This document shows, in pieces, positions 40,722 to 48,990 of a stretch of DNA of 64,000 nucleotides; position 1 is the first letter of the stretch; each line of letters opens with the position of its first letter. A program made the translations under genes and the position numbers. The notes under the pieces were generated by a model. That model was not told the DNA's origin. It did not search any database and saw only the letters and a list, made by a program, of their open reading frames with translations. The DNA is from Bacteroidales bacterium. GTDB taxonomy: Bacteria; Bacteroidota; Bacteroidia; Bacteroidales; UBA932. Location: assembly GCA_017546605.1 (NCBI GenBank), contig JAFYSH010000003.1, positions 6,248-70,247 on the forward strand. The letters are read 5' to 3'.

Positions 40722-41162
40722 ATGACCTCCTCTGCTGACGAACGATTCATGCGGGAAGCCTTGCGAGAGGCCCAAAAAGCGGGCCAGCAAGGAGAAATTC
40801 CAATCGGTGCTGTCGTGGTTTGCCGCAATACCATCATTGCTCGCAGCCACAACCTCAACGAGACCTTGTCAGATCCCACTGCACACGCAGAAATGCAGGC
40901 GATTACAATGGCCACCCATCACCTAGGTGGCAAATATCTGACAGGTTGTACGTTGTATGTAACCATCGAACCCTGTCCGATGTGCGCAGCTGCATTAAAC
41001 TGGGCCCAAGTCAGCCGGATTGTATTTGGTGCAGCGGATCCCAAACGGGGATATTCCCTATTTTCTCCCCCACTGCTGCATCCCCGCACACAGATCACGT
41101 CGGGTATTCTCGCAGAAGAATGCGGGAAACTGGTCTCTGATTTCTTTAAAACCATCCGATAA
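40722..41162 (+). CDS. tadA: tRNA adenosine(34) deaminase
   Basis: 146 aa. CDA zinc motifs HAEMQAI and PCPMCAAAL. Confidence 0.94.
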   Translation: MTSSADERFMREALREAQKAGQQGEIPIGAVVVCRNTIIARSHNLNETLSDPTAHAEMQAITMATHHLGGKYLTGCTLYVTIEPCPMCAAALNWAQVSRIVFGAADPKRGYSLFSPPLLHPRTQITSGILAEECGKLVSDFFKTIR

Positions 41163-41620
41163 TGGAATTCTTACAAGAATGGGGATACATCGGCTTATTT
41201 GTCGGGACATTCCTAGCAGCAACCGTTGTCCCCTTTTCTTCGGATTTCCTGATCATCGGTATCCTGCTGGCCGACGGTAACCCTGCCATATCCTGGTTGA
41301 TAGCCACCTTGGGCAATTGGCTGGGTGGCATTACCAGTTTTTACCTCGGCTGGTTGGGTAAATGGGAATGGATCGAACGATACCTGAAGGTTTCCCGGGA
41401 AAAACTGGAAAAACAAAAGGAACGAATCGATCAATATGGTGCATGGCTTGCCCTATTCTCATGGCTGCCATTTGTAGGAGACCTGTTCGCAATCGGACTG
41501 GGATTCTATCGGGTAAATCCCAAAACTTCCATTGCGTTCATGTTACTTGGAAAAGGCCTTCGCTTTCTTGGCTGGATTCTCCTGTACTACTGCGTGGGTG
41601 GTAGCGCCCTATTGGGCTAA
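41162..41620 (+). CDS. YqaA-like (DedA / SNARE-associated superfamily) membrane protein
   Basis: 152 aa. GYIGLFVGTFLAATVVPFSSDFLIIG. TAATG overlap with tadA. Confidence 0.8.
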   Translation: MEFLQEWGYIGLFVGTFLAATVVPFSSDFLIIGILLADGNPAISWLIATLGNWLGGITSFYLGWLGKWEWIERYLKVSREKLEKQKERIDQYGAWLALFSWLPFVGDLFAIGLGFYRVNPKTSIAFMLLGKGLRFLGWILLYYCVGGSALLG

Positions 41621-43189
41621 ACGGTACTTGCCGCTGGTCAGACGTTCAAGAGGATAACAGTCATAGGCAATGGTATAGCCTCCTCCATTCAAACAATAGG
41701 TAGTTTCTTCCCACAAGAAGGCAATGCGGCCATCTTGTTGTAACACCATGGTTGAGTAGGCAGAATTGAGGGATGTTACCTGGTAAACACCATCCCAATT
41801 GGAAGCAATCTTGGCCGGAGAAGAATAATCTGAAGAACTTGCCAACACCTTGTAATAAATTCCAACACGCTGACGACCAGGACCCAGCGGAACCGATTGC
41901 AGGAGTACATCCACGGATGCACCATCTTCAACACGAATGGCAGGAACACACAAGACCTCACCATTGGTTGAGTTGGAGGCAGCCACCACACCATCGTTGG
42001 CACTACCTGAGAAGATCGATACTTTCCAAGTACCTTCTGCCTTTTCTGCGTCCGTAAATACAAACGTATTGTAATAACGTCCCCCTTCCCAGCGGGAACT
42101 GATCAACAACGTACCATCCGGAAGCTCCTCCACTTTAGGTTCATCGGCATACTGCCGAACCGGAGGTACATTCGGATTGCCAAGGATCTTCCACGTGTCA
42201 CCAAAGTCATCCGAATAAAGGGCATAGTTCATCGGAACCCCGTTTTTGTTTCGTAGCAAAACCGCACAATAGAGACGATAATAATCACCTACCTTGACAA
42301 AACGACTTTGCAAGATTTTACCGGAAGCTACGAACATCGCTTGCACGGGACCTTGCGTACAATCATCAAATTGCGAATAAATACTCTCTGCAATGTCTTC
42401 CGGATCGCTCCAGGTCATACCACCGTCCTCACTGTAAAAACGGGCGATGTTCTGGTGATTGTCACGGCTTCCGTTCTGATACGAAACATTACCCGCACAA
42501 CTGATCAACAGAACCCGGCTGCTTTCCCGATCGGCCACCAGACAAGGGTCACCATAACCGACATTCATAAAATCCGGCGAGGAGGCACCTTGGCCATCAA
42601 TGATTGTAGAGATGCCTTCCCAGGTAACCCCGTTATCATAGCTGCGGTTGATGTGCAAATCGATGCGTCCATTGTTCACAACACCAATATCAGCCCGACT
42701 GTGTCGGTAGTCAGCGACACAAAGCAAGGTACCCTCCTTGGTCTGGGCAATTGCCGGAATACGATAAGGAATGTCCGCATCTTGATACATCGGGAAGACA
42801 TCATACCGACGGGAGCCCTCGTATTGGGTCAACGTCAAGTGCTTTTCAAGTTGAGCATAAACCAACTTCAAATCGGCCTTCCGCGGCTCACGGGCGCTGT
42901 TCTCCAGAACATTCACCAATACCGAAGTTGCGGTCACCTCGATGGATTGGATCCAAGAAGCCTCGGAACTCACCTGCAAAGAAACTCCGTCCACCGGATC
43001 TTGGAGGGTATAAGGAATCACACATTGACCTTGACGGGCATCAACCACATACGAATTTGTAGCGATGGACAATTGAGGATCTGCTTTTACGGGATCCGTT
43101 GTCTTTTCCTGGCAGCTGGCAAGGAGCATCATCAACGACAAAAAACAACCTTGCAATGTAAATCCGAGCATTCTATTCATCTTTTTCAT
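41609..43189 (-). CDS. Exo-alpha-sialidase (GH33) lipoprotein with N-terminal BACON-like domain
   Basis: YRIPAIAQT (RIP motif). Asp boxes SYDNGVTW, SEDGGMTW, SDDFGDTW. Lipobox LLASC. I prefer ATG 43189 (MKKMNRML) over the track TTG at 43204, which lies in the promoter box. Confidence 0.9.
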   Translation of the reverse strand: MKKMNRMLGFTLQGCFLSLMMLLASCQEKTTDPVKADPQLSIATNSYVVDARQGQCVIPYTLQDPVDGVSLQVSSEASWIQSIEVTATSVLVNVLENSAREPRKADLKLVYAQLEKHLTLTQYEGSRRYDVFPMYQDADIPYRIPAIAQTKEGTLLCVADYRHSRADIGVVNNGRIDLHINRSYDNGVTWEGISTIIDGQGASSPDFMNVGYGDPCLVADRESSRVLLISCAGNVSYQNGSRDNHQNIARFYSEDGGMTWSDPEDIAESIYSQFDDCTQGPVQAMFVASGKILQSRFVKVGDYYRLYCAVLLRNKNGVPMNYALYSDDFGDTWKILGNPNVPPVRQYADEPKVEELPDGTLLISSRWEGGRYYNTFVFTDAEKAEGTWKVSIFSGSANDGVVAASNSTNGEVLCVPAIRVEDGASVDVLLQSVPLGPGRQRVGIYYKVLASSSDYSSPAKIASNWDGVYQVTSLNSAYSTMVLQQDGRIAFLWEETTYCLNGGGYTIAYDCYPLERLTSGKYRLAQ

Positions 43190-43201
43190 ACTTAGTTTGT
43201 G

Positions 43202-43209
43202 CAAAGGTA
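43202..43209 (-). promoter_or_regulatory. -7 box (TACCTTTG) for the sialidase gene
   Basis: Plus strand caaaggta; 12 nt upstream of ATG 43189. Confidence 0.5.
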
Positions 43210-43252
43210 AAACTTTTTGTCGATTTTTTTTGGAGGTTCAAAATTTTCACTC

Positions 43253-43260
43253 TATCTTTG
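43253..43260 (+). promoter_or_regulatory. -7 box (TATCTTTG) for tRNA-Gln
   Basis: Exact motif, 17 nt upstream of the tRNA 5' end. Confidence 0.55.
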
Positions 43261-43277
43261 CGACCTCAAACAAAGAT

Positions 43278-43348
43278 TGACCTATGGTGTAACGGTAGCA
43301 CTACAGATTTTGGTTCTGTCTGTCTAGGTTCGAATCCTGGTAGGTCAA
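43278..43348 (+). tRNA. tRNA-Gln (anticodon UUG), 71 nt, CCA not encoded
   Basis: Hand-folded cloverleaf. Acceptor TGACCTA/TAGGTCA, D stem GTGT/GCAC, anticodon stem ACAGA/TCTGT with loop TTTTGGT (TTG at 34-36), T stem CTAGG/CCTGG with loop TTCGAAT. Confidence 0.9.
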
Positions 43349-43352
43349 CTTA

Positions 43353-43394
43353 AAGAGCAACTAAGTGTAGCAATACCGTAGTTGCTCTTTTTTT
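43353..43394 (+). terminator. Rho-independent terminator after tRNA-Gln
   Basis: AAGAGCAACTA (43353-43363) / TAGTTGCTCTT (43379-43389), perfect 11-bp stem, followed by a T run. Confidence 0.85.
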
Positions 43395-43420
43395 GTTTTA
43401 ACACTTTCAAAATACGAAAT

Positions 43421-44350
43421 ATGATGTTTTCAAAACGAAGCCTTGTTATCCTATTGATGATCGTCATCCTGTCCGCTTGCAAAGAGAATCGTCCCCCCCA
43501 ACCATTTCCCTATGCGCAGCCACCTCTTATGATGGCCACTTCGTCGGCAACCATGAGTGAATGGCTTGCCGAACATTATTGGAATGCCTGGCTGGACTCC
43601 ATTCCGAAATTCTCACAAGACACCAGTCTGATTGGCGGCATTACAAAGGAAGACTTCGTGGTAGCTATGAAACAATATGCCGCCCTTCTGAACGTGATCC
43701 CCACACAAAAAGGCATTCAAATCCAAAACAAGCTATGGAACCAGCTGGCATCGTGTGATGAATCCTTGAAACCGATTGTCAATGGCTTGTTCCAGGCCCA
43801 CGAACAGTATTTCTACCATCCTCTTTCTTCGTTTCGAAACGAGGATTTCTACCTGCCGGCCGTACGTTGGAAAGTTTCACAGGAAACAGACTCGACCCGA
43901 CAACAACTGTATCAGAATCAATTTGAAACTTGCAACCACAATCAATGGGGAACAGTTGCCCCCGATTTCCGCTATCAGGTACCCGGGAAAGAGCCTGAGC
44001 GAATGCACAACATTGCAACACCCTTTACGCTATTGTGCTTCAGCATCCCGGAATGCCAGTATTGCTGGGACATCATCCAACAATTGGCCCACCACGCTGA
44101 CATCCAGCAAGCCATCCAACAAGGCCGACTGACTGTTCTAAATCTTTATCACGAAAATGAACTGGAAAAATGGATAAATTACCGCAAAGAATATCCCCAA
44201 ACTTGGATCAATGCCTTCGATCCGGACCAAGACATCCAAAATAACCGTCTGTACATTCTTCGGGCAACCCCCTCTTTGTACCTACTGAATCAAAACAAAC
44301 AGATCCTCCTAAAAGACGCAACGCCCGAACAGATCGTCCGGGCGTTGTAA
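43421..44350 (+). CDS. Thioredoxin-fold lipoprotein (DUF5106 / TlpA-like) with CxxC
   Basis: 309 aa from ATG 43421. Lipobox VILSAC. Redox motif in FSIPECQYCWD. Confidence 0.7.
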   Translation: MMFSKRSLVILLMIVILSACKENRPPQPFPYAQPPLMMATSSATMSEWLAEHYWNAWLDSIPKFSQDTSLIGGITKEDFVVAMKQYAALLNVIPTQKGIQIQNKLWNQLASCDESLKPIVNGLFQAHEQYFYHPLSSFRNEDFYLPAVRWKVSQETDSTRQQLYQNQFETCNHNQWGTVAPDFRYQVPGKEPERMHNIATPFTLLCFSIPECQYCWDIIQQLAHHADIQQAIQQGRLTVLNLYHENELEKWINYRKEYPQTWINAFDPDQDIQNNRLYILRATPSLYLLNQNKQILLKDATPEQIVRAL

Positions 44351-44369
44351 TCCAATTGGATGATCGCAG

Positions 44370-46058
44370 TTATGCAACTTTGACTTCAGCGATGGCCTCT
44401 GAGACATTGATCACAAAGTCTCCCACTCGTTCCAATTCAGAAACCAAGTCCATGTAATAAACACCTGTCAAGTAGTCCCGATCTTCCAAGTGCATCAGGT
44501 GTTCCTCTTTCAAGGTGTTGCGATAGTCGTTAATAGCAACTTCTGCATCCAAGGCACTTGACAAATCTTTGAGTTTGCTGTAACCGATACCCATATTTTC
44601 AATCATCACATCCAAAGAATGATCCACCAGATCCAACATATGGTTGAGTCGTTTCAACGCTTCTTCCTCAAACTTCTTGTTATTCACATTCTTGCGTTGC
44701 AAGATCCGAGCAATATTAAATCCTGAGTCACCCATGCTCTCCAACTCACTAATCACTTTATACATCGCCTGCACACGACCCGTTCCTTCTTCGCCCAACT
44801 GTCCGTTACGAACTTCGTTCAAGTAGTTGGCAATCTCAAATTCAATCCGGTCGGTTACTTGCTCGTAGTGTTCCAATTTTTTGTAGAGTTCATCGAATGC
44901 CTGCGGATTATCAGCCTCATTCAATGCTCGGCGGGCATAACTATATTCTTTCTTGACAATGGATGCAAGATGAATGATCTCTTGCTTGGCTTGAGTCAAG
45001 GACAGCTCACTGGTTGCTGTAGGACCGGCTTGAATATATCGCAAGCGGAAAACTTCTTCTTCCTTCGGACTCTTTACCAACCAGGTTACCAAGCGTACAA
45101 TTTGCGGTGTAAACCACACCATTACCATTGTATTGATCACATTAAAGAGGGTGTGAACAATGGACACCGCGTAGAGAATGGATTCCGTAGATACAAAGGG
45201 ATCTTCTCCGCCAATTGCAACGGTGATTTTTGATACCAGCAACAAGAACGGTTTAAAGAGAATGAGCACCCACAACACCCCAAAGAGGTTGAAGACCGAG
45301 TGCGCCCGCGCTGCCCGTTTGGCTGAAACATTGGCTACAGATGCGGCAATATTGGCCGTAATGGTGGTTCCGATATTTTCACCCATTACCATCGCTGCTG
45401 CCATTTCAAAAGGTATCCAACCAAAGTTACACATAACCAATGTCAAGGCCATTGTCGCACTGGAAGATTGCAGGACGATGGTCAAGATGGTACCGAACAG
45501 CACAAATATCAGTGTCGAGCCAAAGCCCCAACCGGTCCAACGTTGGATAAACGCCAAGACTTCAGGACTTTTCCCCAAGTCTGGAACAGATCCTTTCAAG
45601 AAACTCAATCCCAAGAACAACAATGCAAATCCAATGATCATTTCGCCAATGTTCTTGTTGCGGACTTTCTTGGACATCATAAAGACAAAACCAACCCCCA
45701 TCAACGGGATGGACAATATCGAAATATCTGCCTTGAAGCCCAACAAAGAGATTATCCAAGCGGTAATGGTCGTACCGATATTGGCCCCCATAATGACTCC
45801 GATTGACTGCGCCAGTGAGAGAAGCCCTGCGTTGACAAAGCTGACAACCATCACCGTGGTCGCACTAGAGGACTGAATAATAGCGGTTACCAAAATCCCT
45901 GTCAGAATCCGATTGAAAGAATTTGAGGTCATTGCGGCCAAAATGGAGCGGAGTTTATCCCCTGCCACTTTCTGCAATGACTCACTCATCAAGGTCATCC
46001 CAAAGAGGAACATTCCCAACGACCCCAACAAGGTAAGAATCTGTAAAACTATGTTCAT
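44370..46058 (-). CDS. Na/Pi cotransporter family protein with C-terminal PhoU-like domain
   Basis: 562 aa from ATG 46058. MNIVLQILTLLGSLGMFLFGMTLMSESLQKVAG and an internal repeat (QSSSAT twice). Confidence 0.88.
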   Translation of the reverse strand: MNIVLQILTLLGSLGMFLFGMTLMSESLQKVAGDKLRSILAAMTSNSFNRILTGILVTAIIQSSSATTVMVVSFVNAGLLSLAQSIGVIMGANIGTTITAWIISLLGFKADISILSIPLMGVGFVFMMSKKVRNKNIGEMIIGFALLFLGLSFLKGSVPDLGKSPEVLAFIQRWTGWGFGSTLIFVLFGTILTIVLQSSSATMALTLVMCNFGWIPFEMAAAMVMGENIGTTITANIAASVANVSAKRAARAHSVFNLFGVLWVLILFKPFLLLVSKITVAIGGEDPFVSTESILYAVSIVHTLFNVINTMVMVWFTPQIVRLVTWLVKSPKEEEVFRLRYIQAGPTATSELSLTQAKQEIIHLASIVKKEYSYARRALNEADNPQAFDELYKKLEHYEQVTDRIEFEIANYLNEVRNGQLGEEGTGRVQAMYKVISELESMGDSGFNIARILQRKNVNNKKFEEEALKRLNHMLDLVDHSLDVMIENMGIGYSKLKDLSSALDAEVAINDYRNTLKEEHLMHLEDRDYLTGVYYMDLVSELERVGDFVINVSEAIAEVKVA

Positions 46059-46079
46059 GATAAGATTTTTTTTGCGCGA

Positions 46080-46087
46080 CAAAGATA
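46080..46087 (-). promoter_or_regulatory. -7 box (TATCTTTG) for the Na/Pi cotransporter gene
   Basis: Plus strand caaagata; 21 nt upstream of ATG 46058. One half of a 17-bp near-palindrome. Confidence 0.5.
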
Positions 46088-46088
46088 A

Positions 46089-46096
46089 TATCTTTG
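46089..46096 (+). promoter_or_regulatory. -7 box (TATCTTTG) for the 960-aa HExxH protein gene
   Basis: Exact motif, 11 nt upstream of ATG 46108. Confidence 0.5.
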
Positions 46097-46107
46097 CCGA
46101 AGAATCT

Positions 46108-48990
46108 ATGAAAAAACTGACTTTATCTTGTCTCATCCTCCTGCTGTTGATAGGCTGGACACCCTCATTGACTGCTCAGTACGTGGTCAATGGAAGCGAC
46201 CCCGCCAACACCCGCTGGTCCCAGCTTAGCAGTCCCAACTACTGCCTCATTTACCCGGAAGAAATCGACTCCCTGGCTCGAAGTTACCTATCCCTGCTGG
46301 AAGAGGCCCGAGCTGGTGTCATGGATCCGCTGTTGATCCAACCCAAACCGATCCCTGTGATTCTTCATCCCTACAATTGCTACAGCAATGGCATGGTTAC
46401 CTGGGCCCCAAAACGGATGGAACTCTATAGCACACCACCTACCAACGGCTATCCGGAAAATTGGGAACGGCAATTGGCCATTCACGAATCCCGACACGTG
46501 GGCCAGTGCTCCCACTACGAACAAGGCCTTTGGAAAACCCTCTCCTACATCCTGGGAGAACAAACAACCGGAATCGGCCTGGCCATCTATGTTCCTGGAT
46601 GGTTTTTGGAAGGGGATGCTGTCGTAGCTGAAACCGCGCTCTCTCCCATCCAATCCGGAAGGGGCCGGAACGCAGAATTTTCTCAATACCTGAGAGCCGC
46701 ATACCTGAATGAAGATTATCGACGTTGGAAACAATACAATTTAGGATCTTTCCGCCATTACACTCCCAACAAATACGTCATCGGATATTACCAATCTGCT
46801 TTCAGCACCCAACTGACCAATGACGTGCATGAGCCGGGCCATTTTCTTAAGAACATGGTGGATAACTGGTACCGGTTCAGCCTCATCTTCCCAGATAACG
46901 AAGCCATTTTCCGGCAAAGCCAACGTTGGCTCACCGACTATTGGAGGTCCGAGCAAGAAAAGCGGGGCCCCATCACCGATCCGGAACTATTGCCGACCCC
47001 AAAAAACCGCTACTACACCGACTACCGTTATCCCACCCCGATTCCCTCCGGTAAACACCAGGGGAAAGTGGCTGTTTTGAAGTCTGGCATGCAGCACAGC
47101 GCCTCACTCGTAGCCCTGGATGCCTCCGGAAAAGAACGCCACCTAAAAAGCTTTTCACCCTATAACGGTCCTCTACGCCTGGACAGCACGTTCCTATATT
47201 GGAGTGAAATCATTCCCGATATCCGATGGGAACAACGAAGTTGGTCTGATCTGTACCGCTACGACTTCTCAACGGGAAAAACACAACGGCTCACCCACCG
47301 CCAACGTTTGTTCAACCCCATTCCGATGGCAGATGGTTTGGTGGCCATCGAATATCCGGTCAACGGATCTTCCTACGTAGTCTGGTTAAACAACCAGGGC
47401 AAACGCATTCAGCAAGTGGAAGCCCCTGAACGCGGACAAATTCGAGAAATTGCCGCATTGGGCCAAGCCCTCTATGCACTGGTTATCGTCGAAAATGGCT
47501 TGGGCCTCTACCATTGGAGCCACGAACAATGGCATTGCGACCTCGCACCTCAAGGGCAAACCTTCCAAGAGATGGTCTCTGATGGAAATGTTCTGTATTT
47601 CGCTTCAGACCTCAACGGCGTGTTGAATCTCTATTCCTGGGATCCGAAAACCCAAGAACTTATACGAAGGACAGAAGCTCGCTATGGAGCATCCGATCCT
47701 CATCCGATGGACAGCACGCTGCTCTACGCCGAATACACCCACCACGGCTATCGTCCGGCACAACTTCCGACAAGCCGACAAATCGCAGAACACCAAGATC
47801 CCACCCAACCCGCCATTGATTCTCTGGCGACCTACTTGAGCCAGCTGTATCAGCCTTGGTCCGACACCCTTCAATTTTCCACCGAACGCTACCGTGACCC
47901 GGAAGCATTCCCGGCCAAACGCTACAAAAAAGCTGCACACCTATTTCGTTTCCACTCCTGGGCACCCGTCTATTACCACGTTGATCGCATCATGAGTATG
48001 AGTTTTGAACGACTGTACGAGATCGCTGGCCTGGGTGTAACCGCCTACTCCCAAAATAGCCTGGGAACCGCACTGACCATGGTTGGTTACTCATACCACG
48101 AAGGCTTCCATGCTGCACACGCACAATTCACCTACCGTGGATGGTGGCCGGTTATAGAACTGACCGCCGACTACAACGACCGCAACCGAAACGAACAAAT
48201 TATCCAGCAAGTCAGTAAAAATAAATACGTTTGCAGCAACCACACGACCAGTACTCCGGCCCTGGATGCGAGCGTACGAGCCTACGTTCCAATCAACCTG
48301 AGCCGAGGCGGATGGACTCGCGGGCTGATTCCGCAAATCAATTACAAATTTTCCAACGACCACTACTACCTACCTCAGGAACCCTGGCTCCACTACAAAC
48401 ACCAAGTCATTTATGGCTTGACCTATTACCAAAATCGCTACATCCCCCAATCCGCCTTGTTTCCCCGTTGGGGCTTCGGCATCAATTTGGCCTACGGCCA
48501 CACCTTGTCAACCGACCAACTATTTGGTCATGCTGCCTATGCCAAGATCTTTGCATACTTGCCGGGAATTGTTCCTACACAGGGATTAAAACTAAGCATC
48601 GCTGGCCAGACTCAAATAGTCCGCAAAAACAACCTCTTCTGTTTTGGTTCCTTTGCAGAATTGCCCCGTGGATTCCACGACCGTTTCCCGACTGGAGACT
48701 ACTTGTTGGGAACCATCGACTATGCCATTCCAATTTACTTGGGAGACATTAACCTTACCTCGCTTCTCTATTTGAAGCGATTACAGGTCATTCCGTTCGT
48801 GGATGCGGCTTGGGAAAACAGTTCGAAAAGTTGGATGAGTTCTTACGGTACTGACCTGCTCTTCGATTTCAACATCGCAGAGTTTTCCATCCCGCTATCA
48901 GCCGGCGTCCGCTACGCCCGTATGGATCAAGGGCGCAATCCTCAAGAGAATCCGAATGTCTTTCAGTTCTTGTTCAGAGTCTCTTTGTAG
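46108..48990 (+). CDS. Secreted multidomain protein: MA-clan-like HExxH metallopeptidase domain, beta-propeller-like middle, probable C-terminal outer-membrane beta-barrel
   Basis: 960 aa from ATG 46108. Signal peptide MKKLTLSCLILLLLIGWTPSLTAQ. LAIHESRHVGQ followed by PGWFLEGDAVVAE. C-terminal third has an alternating hydrophobic pattern. Confidence 0.7.
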   Translation: MKKLTLSCLILLLLIGWTPSLTAQYVVNGSDPANTRWSQLSSPNYCLIYPEEIDSLARSYLSLLEEARAGVMDPLLIQPKPIPVILHPYNCYSNGMVTWAPKRMELYSTPPTNGYPENWERQLAIHESRHVGQCSHYEQGLWKTLSYILGEQTTGIGLAIYVPGWFLEGDAVVAETALSPIQSGRGRNAEFSQYLRAAYLNEDYRRWKQYNLGSFRHYTPNKYVIGYYQSAFSTQLTNDVHEPGHFLKNMVDNWYRFSLIFPDNEAIFRQSQRWLTDYWRSEQEKRGPITDPELLPTPKNRYYTDYRYPTPIPSGKHQGKVAVLKSGMQHSASLVALDASGKERHLKSFSPYNGPLRLDSTFLYWSEIIPDIRWEQRSWSDLYRYDFSTGKTQRLTHRQRLFNPIPMADGLVAIEYPVNGSSYVVWLNNQGKRIQQVEAPERGQIREIAALGQALYALVIVENGLGLYHWSHEQWHCDLAPQGQTFQEMVSDGNVLYFASDLNGVLNLYSWDPKTQELIRRTEARYGASDPHPMDSTLLYAEYTHHGYRPAQLPTSRQIAEHQDPTQPAIDSLATYLSQLYQPWSDTLQFSTERYRDPEAFPAKRYKKAAHLFRFHSWAPVYYHVDRIMSMSFERLYEIAGLGVTAYSQNSLGTALTMVGYSYHEGFHAAHAQFTYRGWWPVIELTADYNDRNRNEQIIQQVSKNKYVCSNHTTSTPALDASVRAYVPINLSRGGWTRGLIPQINYKFSNDHYYLPQEPWLHYKHQVIYGLTYYQNRYIPQSALFPRWGFGINLAYGHTLSTDQLFGHAAYAKIFAYLPGIVPTQGLKLSIAGQTQIVRKNNLFCFGSFAELPRGFHDRFPTGDYLLGTIDYAIPIYLGDINLTSLLYLKRLQVIPFVDAAWENSSKSWMSSYGTDLLFDFNIAEFSIPLSAGVRYARMDQGRNPQENPNVFQFLFRVSL

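Noticed and set aside
43224-43231. Homopolymer tracts as phase-variation switches: T8 at 43224-43231 (between the sialidase and tRNA promoters), T8 at 46066-46073, and A8 in uvrC coding sequence (49775-49782 on the plus strand, codons GKKI).
   Set aside because: Eight-base runs are short for efficient slipped-strand switching and are expected by chance in 64 kb of AT-containing sequence. uvrC is intact. Bacteroidales phase variation is normally invertase-driven, and no invertase or inverted-repeat-flanked promoter is present.
41609-43348. Genomic island integrated at tRNA-Gln and carrying the sialidase.
   Set aside because: There is no integrase, transposase or excisionase. I could spot no direct repeat of the tRNA 3' end by eye. 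The neighbours are core genes, and the composition looks similar by eye. It is kept only as a low-priority check in the findings.
45913-46107. N-terminal extensions in the ORF track that would make neighbouring divergent genes overlap. They are 45913 for the HExxH protein, 46136 for Na/Pi, 55739 for DUF2723, 55944 for SUI1, 50793 for OlsF-like, 30665 for the porin, 43382 for the thioredoxin-like lipoprotein, 43204 for the sialidase, 6759 for fbp and 8097 for MATE.
   Set aside because: The extensions start at TTG or GTG, or run through the promoter boxes or the upstream gene. Downstream ATGs give canonical N-termini (signal peptides, lipoboxes, conserved family starts).
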